DNA from: Catajapyx aquilonaris
Taxonomy: Eukaryota
NCBI GenBank assembly: GCA_000934665.2
Contig: KZ538869.1
Span: forward strand, 1-43,564
Length of the DNA stretch: 43,564 bases
Direction of reading: 5' to 3'
Shown here: piece by piece, positions 10,302-21,700 of the stretch
Position numbering within the stretch: the first letter of the stretch is position 1
Layout: every line of letters begins with the position of its first letter
The notes under the pieces: generated by a model
Told to the model about the DNA's origin: nothing
The model's input: only the letters and a program-made list of their open reading frames with translations
Databases searched by the model: none
Translations under genes and position numbers: made by a program

Positions 10302-11445
10302 TTACATAAGGCATGCAATCCATGGCAGCAATGCTCCTTTCAAACAATCGCAGTGTGAGTGGCTTCCACTTGACATGCCATTGTAGTTCTAGCCAGGCTT
10401 TTACGCAATCATGAATACAACTAATCGGTATAGATGAGGGGATAGTGACATTATTATTGATACGGATACACGGACCCTAATACGCTATAATTGGCACTCA
10501 GAATAGACCCCTGCGTCGCCAAGCTGCCATGCTGGCCAATTTTGCACGCTTTCACCGCCTGTTTTGTTGTTATTTAACCTTACTACCCAAATAAGGCAAT
10601 AAACCCTCTTTGGCCATTATTTTACACAAAAGGATGATAGCAAGGAATGGCAAGGAATATAAGGTAGGATGCATGTTCTGGTCTGGTATGAGGACAAGAA
10701 GACAAGTAGTGGTATCAACTGCAGCATAGGAAAGGGAATCATAAATATTGTAAAATGTATCATCTGATGGGAAAATACGTTGCGAGTTTTCAATATTTTC
10801 AAAATAGCCACAGAAGGGCATAGGAAACCTAATGATAATTGCGGAGCTTTCTTAGAATGTTAGATCGATGTTCAAACATTAGTTTGCATTTGTAGGTTTC
10901 ATCCTATGCAGTTTTATCAAACTGTATTTAACTATAAAATGTCGCCGTCATGTAATTATTTAATTAAAAATTATCAACGGAGCCTGACACCCTTCGTTGC
11001 TATTTTAAATTCGGGAAAATGCCAGTCTGCGAAGTTGTTGCCATTATCCTTAAATTCAAGTACCTTTTGCACCATGTTAACTATCACTCTTGTAGTTGAC
11101 ATCAATATGTACTTTTCACCTCAAATGAGATGTGAAGCCCATGTATGCGTCGTTTGAATTTCCTTCGATCCATGCTAGCATTTTTTTAAAATGGTAGACT
11201 TTTGGCATTTTAAATTCTTGCACATAAAATAGTGATTCAAATTAAAATGAGCCAGTTAACTGCATGCAAAAAACGTCAGGTCCAGGAATCCTTAATTTTC
11301 GGACATGCTTCATCATAATATTATCTCCGCCTTTTCTTACATAAGGCATGCAACTTCAGACCGGTCGCATTGTGGGTGGCTTCCAATTGACATACCATTG
11401 TAGTTCTAGCCAGGTTTTTACACAATCATGAATGTAACAAATCGG
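10302..11445 (+). repeat. Diverged direct repeat pair (10302-10428 and 11337-11445)
   Basis: Both share ttacataaggcatgcaa and gtggcttcca.ttgacat.ccattgtagttctagccagg.ttttac.caatcatgaat. Confidence 0.8.
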
Positions 11446-11759
11446 ATATTTAAACGTTCGAGGTTTATCCTCAGGGAATGCCCTCGTTTTGGCCTTCTCT
11501 TGTCCATCTGTCAGAAAAATATAATTTCTAAAGAGAATTCGAGCAAAAGGCGCAATTAATGAACAATAACATCACGAAATCTCGGTATCTTATAGTGCGA
11601 GAAAAAAACAACAACTAGAAAGACGCCAAGAAATTAGCACTTGTCCTTTTCTATACATCTGATCTTACTGTATTCCGTGTGCTAATCAGATCGATTAAGA
11701 AGGGATATTCAATATTTCAGCTTTTTTTGGCTTACATACTGTACATGAAGCCACCAATA

Positions 11760-12152
11760 CGGGGTATTCCAATTTAATTATCCGTATCATTTAGCGATTT
11801 TTGGCACTAAGATGCTTATTGTAAACCGTTATTTTTTCTTAGTTATTTTTAGTGGGGATCATAAATATTTGCTGCAAATATTAGGCCTCATTGAATCATC
11901 TCCCCAAGCTCTGAATTGCAATTTATTTCCTTGGGAAAGGGCCTTTGGAAAAACTGGTGGTGAACCTCATGATAGAACCAATTTTTGCAAGCCAGACTCC
12001 TTTTCAGGTGTTATTGATAAAAGGATTTCTTTTCTGCATGCTAATAATATCAGCTAATACTTTTGATAACCACTAATTATAACAATGCCAAAAAAAGAGC
12101 TTAGTGCAAAAAATCGCTAACCAACACTTGACATTTCATTTAAAAACCCCTG
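11760..12152. mobile_element. Degenerate Tc1/mariner-type MITE
   Basis: TA-cggggtatt / aaacccctg-TA ends; subterminal inverted repeat ttagcgatttttggcactaag / cttagtgcaaaaaatcgctaa. Confidence 0.55.
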
Positions 12153-12600
12153 TATAAATTGACTTCAGTTCCACGTTATAGTCGTAACACGTGCGGGTCC
12201 CTCTCAGCACGCCGTACTCATAAATACTCCGGGCTAGATTTTACTGCTAATTTCTAGTCGTACGCAAGTCGCGCGTCTGCCTTTAAAAGTTAGTTAGGCC
12301 AGCATTGCGACAAAGCGCACTTAAAATACGACGACCACGGCGCGTCGCCGTGCCGCTGACCCACTACAGCGAAGGTCGGCGCGACTCCGCGCCATGCGCC
12401 GCCGGCATCCGTACTGCCGGACGCCACTGTCGGCAAAAATGTGGTTGACGCAGGGGTCTACTCCAGAAGAACAAGAACAAGACTTTTTTAAAAAATGCAC
12501 TCCCACAAAATGAGCCCCCGTCGACATGATCAACTGGATGCGAATGTCACTGAGTGCAATGGGCCGGATGAAATGACTGCCTGCCTGTACCATATACGCC

Positions 12601-12754
12601 TTACTGGATAAGAGGCGCGTTTTGACTGTCACTAAAATCCAGGGTGTAGTAGAGGTCACGCGCGTCTCGAGTTGAAAAGGACCCTCGTCCGGACGATCCG
12701 CAGGATGGATTGGGCTCCTTCTCCACGTCAGTCAGAGGCCCTGGTTTACCCGAT
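12601..12754 (-). CDS. wry: Last coding exon: (R)SGKPGPLTDVEKEPNPSCGSSGRGSFSTRDARDLYYTLDFSDSQNAPLIQ*
   Basis: Acceptor cgatttcag| in phase 2 matches the previous donor; TAA at 12601-12603. Confidence 0.85.
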
Positions 12755-15700
12755 CTGAAATCGAAGACATCGCAATGGTGAGTGTACTCCAAATCTCCAT
12801 CCAGATGAAAGTGCTGGGTGGACTGTTAAGGACAATAATAATGATAGCTCCGGCTTTGATCGGGCCAAAGGTGGCGAAACATTGGCAGGGACAAAGGCGG
12901 TCAAACGGAACCCTTTGAAGGAGGTGTCAAAGAATGGCGGAAGAAATGGAGCGTGATCTGGGGATGGGATCCGTCCTGGAGAATGAAATTGTTTCGCATC
13001 AATGCCTTTGGGATTTAATACTCGCTCGGGCGCTCGCTCAAAGCAGAGCGGCGCACTGCAGCAAGGGCCTTCCCAAAATGCGTTTCTCGTGTTTCCCTAT
13101 TCGCGATGGTTCTCTGTGGACCTATACAAGCAGAGGAGGCAGGAGGGGATGAGAGGGAGTCTGCTGGACATGCCACACATCCCATGTCCATCCCTCCCTT
13201 TTCAGTCCCCACCTCCCGATTCTCCTGGAAATAGCAGGAGGATTGTATGCAAAGCCTGGGACGTTAAAAGCATCGATTCAGGTTTCAAGTTCCGGTCCCT
13301 CTCGTGCTCACCAGGCGCTTCATCAAAAAGATGACAAAGGGCCAGGTAATTGATATGGCTACACCTCTTTGGACACAATTTGCTGGGGTAGTACCTGGCG
13401 AGAGGCGATTATTGCAATAATCAACCGGGTGTGTTAGGACAGGGTAATGTTATTAGGGCTGATGGAACAGTTTGAAAGCCGTACCTGCAGAGGTCGACGG
13501 GCTCATGGTCGTGATGAAGCCGCCCGCAAGAAGACATATTCTCACACCGCCATGGGATGCGGAACATGCACTTTTTGTAGGTCTCGTGTACTCGGCAATG
13601 GCATGCAGCCACCTGCAGAGTAGACCCATGCATCAAATTACGGTGTTAGCACCATCGGAGAAAGTGATAACTCCGGCGAGCTACATTATCCGAGGCGGTT
13701 GGATGTAAGAAAAGTGCACCTCGCCTTCTTTCTTACCATTTTTTTTTCTTCTTATTTGACGGCGCGGGAGGTGGCAGATTAAACGCAATTTTGGCTTGAA
13801 GCCAGGCTCCGTGTTGAGCCTTCGTAGCCATAAGCGCGAGTTCCCTCTTTATTTTCGTAATAGTCTGCGAACCATCAGGCTGGCATTTAGGGGATCGCAA
13901 ACTGATATCCTGGCCGAACTCCCTGCTATATGTACAGAGCACCGTCGGTGACGTACAGTGCAGCAGTGTGAGAGAGGCCGAGGCTGTCAGTTCGCGACAA
14001 CTTTTCTTTCGGAGGTGTCAGACATGTTCGGCTGAACATGTTGTTTCGCGTCTCTCCTGTTTCTGACACTGTATTGCTGCAGTGTCATAGCGTAGCTGCA
14101 AAGCGTTATGCCATAAATCGCGTTTTTTGCCACCTCCGCACCCGTAATCTTGGAAAAGCTGCATTGGAACATTACTGTCCAACTTCGAACCTTCACAGTA
14201 CTAAGGAAATCCAAGTACCAAAGTTGAAAATTTATATGACGTGCCCGTCCCCTGACTGCTGTTGCGCAGTGTACTTCCCCCCTGTGTATTGGTGGACAAA
14301 TATTTATAAAGGTTAGAAGTTAGAGTACCGCAATTAGAGTATGTGGTCCTCCGGAGAATACCTACCGTGAGGACAACAATGATGAGAGCGCATGCTAATG
14401 TTCCGGCTGCAATGTACACGTTGTGCAGGTGATCCAAATGAATTGAGATGGGCACTTGCAAGTCCAGGGTGTCACGGTGTGCCGGCAGCGTTGGCAGCGC
14501 CTCCAGGACAAACTGATCTAAATAAGGTAGGAAAAGGCGATGAAATTTTTGCATAGCGAAACGCTGTGTATTGTACTGTAGCCTACACTATACGTGCGGT
14601 CCGATATGAGCGAAATTTCTTTCAAATTAGGCGCGGGGAAATGGCTCTAATGATGCCCATTAGGCGTACCGTTTGCATCAAAGTGGTCATTTGACTACGC
14701 GATCGCTAATGATAAACCTCTCGCTAGCAGATGTAATCGGAAGCAATCATTGCGAACCCCGAGATTCTCCGAGTACGGTTCAATTTATTGCGGCACTTTG
14801 ACCCGGAGGCTTTCCCAATAATTTGTAAGCCCTTAGCAGCACTTAATTACCCCCTGTGTAAGACGTAAAACTAAAATTACAGTTGTAATGCGGGAGTGCT
14901 AATGTGCAGCCGTTGGCGACTGCGGTAATTCGGCTAATTAGGGCTTGCAGGCTGTAAGTACAGGGCCATTTGGTGACAGATGGCCTGTTGACGTGGCCTA
15001 AACTATTCTAATCCAGGATGGACAGAACGCATGTATAATGCTACAGAGTTCATGCAGACAGAAGGGCTGAGAGGAAGAGTGAAGATAAACAGATTTACCC
15101 GTACGCTACATTCTCAAACTCGTGCCTTCTTATTAACGGCACGAAGCTTTAAAAAGGCACCATATCCTTTTTACATAAAACATGGTGCCTTCTCATGGCC
15201 TATTCTCAAATCCGCTGGAAGTGGTCTGTTCTCGCAAAAGGCACGTAACTGGTCCTACAGCGAATGAGAATAGGCACATTTTGCTTATTCTGGTTGTATA
15301 GTAGGCCTAATCTGATCGTATTTTAAAAATATTCTTATTGTTAGCAACAATATAACGAGCTGCTTTTTAAAAATTCAGCTGCGCCTGAGAAGGCACAAGT
15401 TTGATTCTATAGGAGACGTAACAATGTAAATGCGAGATTAACTGGAGAAGGCGCATACATTCGCCAATTTGGAAGTCATGCTTGGCGTCGCTGTATTTTC
15501 TGGACCGTTCTCTACACGAATCCTGCAACAAAAATGGTTCTATTGCGACGAGCCCCTCTAATCTAATTACACCAGCAAGATTCCTTCCCTCTCTCCTGGT
15601 GCACACAACCGCAATTGGCTCCAGAGTTTTTCCTCTCCCGAATCTAAACCGGGCGATGTCATCCGGCTACGAAACCCCTTGCCTTTCTTGATCGCCTCGC

Positions 15701-18700
15701 TCCGAAGACTGTTTTATCTACAGTATTTCACGGCTCATTGTCGCCCCCACCCTATCCGCTTTCTCCAGCCTGTCCAGCCCCCCCCCCCNCCCGAACGGCG
15801 TAAAGATCTCTTCCGCAAATTGCACGAGCGCACTCAAGTTGACGAGTGGAAAGTGGCAATGCCTGTACTCGCAGTTTTCCCGCCAATTCTCCTGAGAAGC
15901 ACATTTCCATTTGGAGGCCTGATCGATGCTAGAGTCGGTCTGTAAGGAAAAAGTGCTGGAGGAAAAAGAAAAACTGCGGGTTTCTTCAAGTAGCCAAATA
16001 TCTCTAGTGATAATAAACTCGCATGCCTTGTTAGTTTTCTTGCATCTGTCATTTCCAATGCAATAATTCATGGGGCTGTCAGCATCGAGGGCCTGCTGAG
16101 ATTTCACTCGTCTTCTCCCCTTGGTGCCTTTCCAATGACGTTTGACAGAGACTGAGCGCACAACTTCATATTCTCATTCCACCTCTAGAGAGGCCAAAAG
16201 CTTCTTCGTCTGCAGCTTTCTATTCAGATCCGCCGATTTTTCTTTCGCCAAAGAGTTAGGATTTCATTTCGGAGAATAACAGATTTTTGAGCCAGTAAAA
16301 CGCGGTGTCTGTCTTTTTTGGGAAAATTTACTGTTGAAGGAATCTTCCTGGAAGTAGTGAGGCCCGATGTTTTCTTAAACGACTGAACTCCAGGAGGAAT
16401 ACTCTGGGATTTATGAAGCGAGGCTGTAACCGCAGATTGGGGCTAGCCTGTTGTAGTATGCACATTTTATGTGCGCAGTTGTACGCGCTCCATTAACCTG
16501 CTGGAAGTTACTGACTGTAGTCCATATAACCACGGGCTATTTTTTTTTTTTGCCACCCGCTATATAATGCCGAAAAAATGAACTGGCGAGTTCCTAAGAG
16601 ACCGGTGAAAACGCACTAAATGAAATGCGTATATCCGAAGTTATTCAAGGATCCACACCACCTTTTCCGGACGGATGGTGAGATATTACATCCTCTCCAG
16701 ATGCCGGCCCAGTAAATTGGAATCTGCAGCTGTTTCCCGCGCGCATTCTCGCCATGGTCTCCTCTCCAGTTTCCTTATTCGAAAGGTGCCAGCAAAAGTT
16801 TGAGCAGAAAAGTAGACAGCAGTAGGTAAAAAGCTGCCAACTCGGCCCTTCTGCCCGACCACCTACCGAAGTCTATACCTTCGCATTTTTTGCCGGTGTA
16901 ACCAGGACGGCAGGCGCAGTAGTAGGACTCCACACTGGTCCAGCACGTTCCTCCGTTCATACAGGGGCTCGGGTTGCAGGCCTGAAGATGATAAGACATT
17001 AGGTTAGGCTTTGTTGGTACCTGGTGTCCAACAAGAATTGTCGCAGCGGCAGCGCACGAACTACAGTCTCTCGTGTCCCTGTGCTCGTAGATTGTAGTTC
17101 GTGCGCTGCCGCTGCGACAATTCTTGTTGGACTGATAGTATACAGCTTCAGACCTCTGTCCACAGCAGGTCATCCCAAACATTACGATTAGTAACAACCA
17201 ACTATTGTGCAAATCACATTATGGAAACTGGCCTGAAGGAACACAATCCAGTGGTGCCCCCTGAGAGGCCTGAGACAAATGAGGCTTACCCAATTGCAAG
17301 GATGATGCCCTGGGGCGTGTTTCCTTTGAGTGGGTGATCTGCGTCAATGTCCGCTTACATACTATTCAGGGAGGCAGTGTCGTAATGGAGTCGTGTTTTC
17401 TCGGCAGCGCGAAACTTACAGTGACTTGTTTTGCTGGAAATTTTGCTTCCAAAACATGAGGCAGCTAGTTTTAAAAAGTGGCTGTACTGTACGAACCTGT
17501 ACGTGCTTGAAACTGTGAGCTGTTGTTTCTGTTTTTTGAGTTTAAAACTACTGGCGGATATCTTGTATGGTCTATGACCCCGGCACACTGATGTTTGTGT
17601 GTTGTTCTAACTGAGAGAGACTGAATTTTCCGCCATGTGTAGGTTAATCCGACGTGAAATTGCCATTATTTTATGAATGTAGCGGATAACGCGGCAAAGA
17701 TGACACGAGCAATTTTCATCAAAACTATTTTCATAACATCAGGTGACGTTTATGCATCAACGCTGTGATATCCGCCGTTCCCTGCTGTGGGAATGTGGCC
17801 GTGCAAGCTCAGTACGCAAACAACAACATGTAGGCTTATACTTTCCCTCTCAGTGTGATACCAGAGCGTCGGTTTTTGTTTTAAAAAAATGGTGATAATT
17901 ACCATTTTTAGCGGAAGTTTCAATATATTCATTCTGAAGTATGCCCCTGCATGCCTAAATTATGATAATTCTAGAGGGTAGAGACGTTAGGTGTGGCTTG
18001 GTTAGGCAATGTTATATGCAGAGAAGCCTTTTTGCCAACATTGCGATAGTCACACTATCAAAATAATATTGGAGTCTTGCTGTGACACTATAGGCTGATT
18101 CGATGTTATCTTAATGTTCTCAATGTGCACCGGAATATGCATTTTTTTAAATAGCTCAATTTTATCAACACATGACGATTTACCTCCTTACATTGCAACT
18201 TTCACAGCTAATTGAAGGTACAAGTTCACATGCATTTCATCTTGAAAGCACTGTAAGCCACATAGTTTATTAAAACAGCAGAAAGCTGAACACTTGAATA
18301 TAGTGAATGCCAGAAATGTTGCCTTATTACACACTGGTGTGGAGTTGGGAGCGACACACCTTATTGTTCACAGGTGCATGTATAAGAATACCCGGCTGAA
18401 ACACAACTGGGTTTGCTACAGTGCAGCAGGTACTGCTGCACAGGACGTTCCTATGCAACAGGACATTCACTATACACGGAAGAGAAAGGTGCAAGTGTTA
18501 ATAATAAATTTTGCACAGCCTGGAGTCCTCTTTTGCATTTTTGCAGCATTGCGAATTTTTTGAGGGTCCCAAATTTAGCCGACATTGTCGTGGTGTAATG
18601 GGATCGTTGTTCTTTATTGAACTTTTTACTACGGCCATATTTCCTGGGATTACAACATAAAATCCTAACGGTGGGCAACCATTCGCTTCTCCATGAACAT

Positions 18701-21700
18701 CCATTGGAGCAGAGATACACAAGTGCCCCTTTAAAACAAAATGCGATTCAAAATAACTTGTTTATGAAGGCCAGCGGATTCACTTTAACAACACGCCGCC
18801 GTGGGCATGTGCACGATATTGCAGTGTATTATTAATGAAATTCTCCGGCCAAACTAATTAGCTATACTTCAATAGGAAGTACTATTTCCATTGCGCACGG
18901 AGGTTGATTACTCAGAGATAATGGACGCTAATTGGAATATATTTGCAGATTCGAACAATACATTTTCGTTAATGGAACACACCGGTGCACGGCCGCACAA
19001 AAAATACGGAACCCGTGGGGATTACAGCATGGAACGCAGTCCGTACATTTCAAGCAATAATCAGCATTTTAAAAACCGCAACCTCCTTTCCGTTCAAAAT
19101 TCATATACGAATTTAATATCGCGCTCTTTCGGACTTAAAACACAATTCTCTTTGATCTGTACACATGTTTTCATAACCCTTTGGCTCTCCCAAGTCACCG
19201 TGCTGAGTATGCTGTCTATGGAGTCAGTGACCGCGCAAGTACCTGTAAGTTAGTCGTCAACAAACCTGCACGAGTGGTGCCCCACACACGAGTGTACGTG
19301 AGCTCCTGTTCCTGCGGAACAAAAACGGTTTATAATTGCAAATATGGAAGGCAGGACCTCATTGAAATGAACGCCAAGCCCCTGCTCCATGAGTTATTCG
19401 GCCCAAAGGCGGGTTATTCACACCGACCCGTCAGGACATTAATACGGGTCGCTCATCTCCATGACAATTACTTCCATTCGTGTGTGCCGGACCCCTGCTT
19501 GGTACACTCGTTTGAGTTTGACTGTACAGGAAAATTGATAACTTTCGGAAACCCGTGATAACGTGGTGGCCAAATTTGTTTCGCCATTGCTGATAAAACC
19601 AGCTGGGATATGATTCCTGAATGGATGAGTGCCCAACTTGTCATAGAGTAGGGGGGGGGGGGGTNGGGGGGGGTTACCACTGGCAGCTTCAAAAGTGACC
19701 CGGGACATTATCAGGCCGGGACAGGTTTTCCTACCGAGACATAAGCGAGGGCTGCAACACAAAGGTAGGGGCCAAGTCTTTGAGAGAAAGAGGCTCCCCA
19801 TTCCCCAGTCAAGAAAAGGCGTAATGAGATAATGCAAGTAAGCATGAAAGGAAGACGCCCTCCCAGCAGCAGTCTCCCTTTTCAAACGCACACTGAAACC
19901 CCCTAATTAGGGTAGCTGGAAGCAAAAGAGCCTATTTCAAGACGGCACTGAATGCGGGACATGACTGTATGTAGACTCCAAAATGATGGGCCCGGAACAT
20001 CAACCAGGAATAATGACAATAAACCCCGATTTTTGTTTTTTTTTTTTTAAAAAAAGAGTATGCCCAGCTGTCCCCAGTGTAGCCAATAGACCATTTCATT
20101 AATGATCGGAAATGGTTGAAGCATGGTTTCAGCACGATTAAATTTGGGCAATAAAGGCGTAATGAAGAGATAGGTAGGGGTCCTAGGAGGCAGTGCCTTT
20201 GTTGAAACACATTTGGGCCAGAGTGGACTGGGAGAGAGATTAAATTCGGGATTAAGTGGTGTTGGGCAAAGTAGCCGGCGAGGGTCAAGTCCATAAGAAG
20301 GATTAGCGCGATCGATGTCCGGGCAGGTTCCAGGGGATCATCCAGTCAGGCAACTCGGTATAATTCAGAGCTGGGCGGACGTAAAGCTGGATTGCTCCGT
20401 GTCCACTGCAAATGCGGCTGCTTATGTCCATCCCTTGCCTCGTCCTGGGAGTAAAACCTATCATTTCTGTTGGCTGCTCCATTCCGGGATGATTACAGCG
20501 TGAGAAGAAAGTGATAACTGGCACATCTGCGCTTTGCGGCTGCTTTTAACCTGATTCGCAGACATGTCGCCAATACTTGCGTGTGGGACAACAATTACAC
20601 AAGAGTGGAACGGCCTACAAAAACAAGTGCATGTGGAATATAGCCCATACAAAATCGCTGACGCATTTTTATTGATCGGACGTACCGCACAGGCCTTTAA
20701 CCGCACTGTACAATTATTGCTGGCCACTGATAGGACACATGTTTTAAGTGTTTTCGTCCTAGTTAATCACGCCTCGATTGTGGCACTGATGGCCAATCAT
20801 CGGACGAGTACTTTGCAGCTTAAATCGGGTAATAAATGGAGGCAAAATTGATCAGGTATACATGAGCAAAGTTTGGAATACTTACATCTCGGGAAGGCGT
20901 GGAGCAGTCAGTTCCAGTATAGCCTGGAGCACATTCGCAAGAGTAATTATTTCCCCTGTCGATACATTGGCGGCGTGGAAGGCAGGGGTCGGGATGGCAG
21001 AGGTCGATCTGTGCAACAGTTCAAAAACTTACGACTTACTGCCAACATGCGGATACTACAGCTGTGTACACTCGCCAGAAGCTAAAGTGTATACGGGTCA
21101 TTTTCATTTTTTTTGCGCATTTGCTGTGTCAATGTAGAAAAAAATAATATTAATAACTGTGGCCAATCCTGCAAGTCATTTTTCATTACGTGAAAGAGAC
21201 ATTCATATGTGTTCATTTGATATCAAAAACATGGATTTGAATACATTCAGTCATAAGTAACTAAATAAAAAATGAGGAAAAGTGTATGGAAATGAGGTGA
21301 AGCCGATAGCAAGATTAGTCCTTTGTGAATTTCATACAGCTGTGTCAGTACCCGGATTTTTGAACCCAATTTTTTTTACGCTTGTTATCATTGGATACCC
21401 CAAAGTTTATACATATCATTGTCATTTAACATATAACTAAATTTTACAAATAATTTAAGCATGTGAAGCGTGACACCGTCACACTCTGGCACCCTGGTAG
21501 GAACTCGTGAAATAGCTCAAAATAGGGCAGTAAAATGCCCAAGTGTAGCATAGATTCAGTCGCGATGGAATCATTTGTCAGTTGGAAGATGAGTGCTGGA
21601 CAAGGAGGAGGCGAGGCGGGCCCTGTTTTCTCTCAAGGTTGATGCGTATTTTTTCTGCCTGTCACGTATGTTACCTTCTTAAATCCTATTTCTTTTTTTA

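Noticed and set aside
12321..12659. 112-aa minus-strand ORF overlapping the stop codon
   Set aside because: Alternative frame running through GC-rich 3'UTR; no protein-like features.
18212..18734. Possible Kolobok-like element (right end gtgcccctttaa)
   Set aside because: The left terminus is too degenerate to establish a TIR or TSD.
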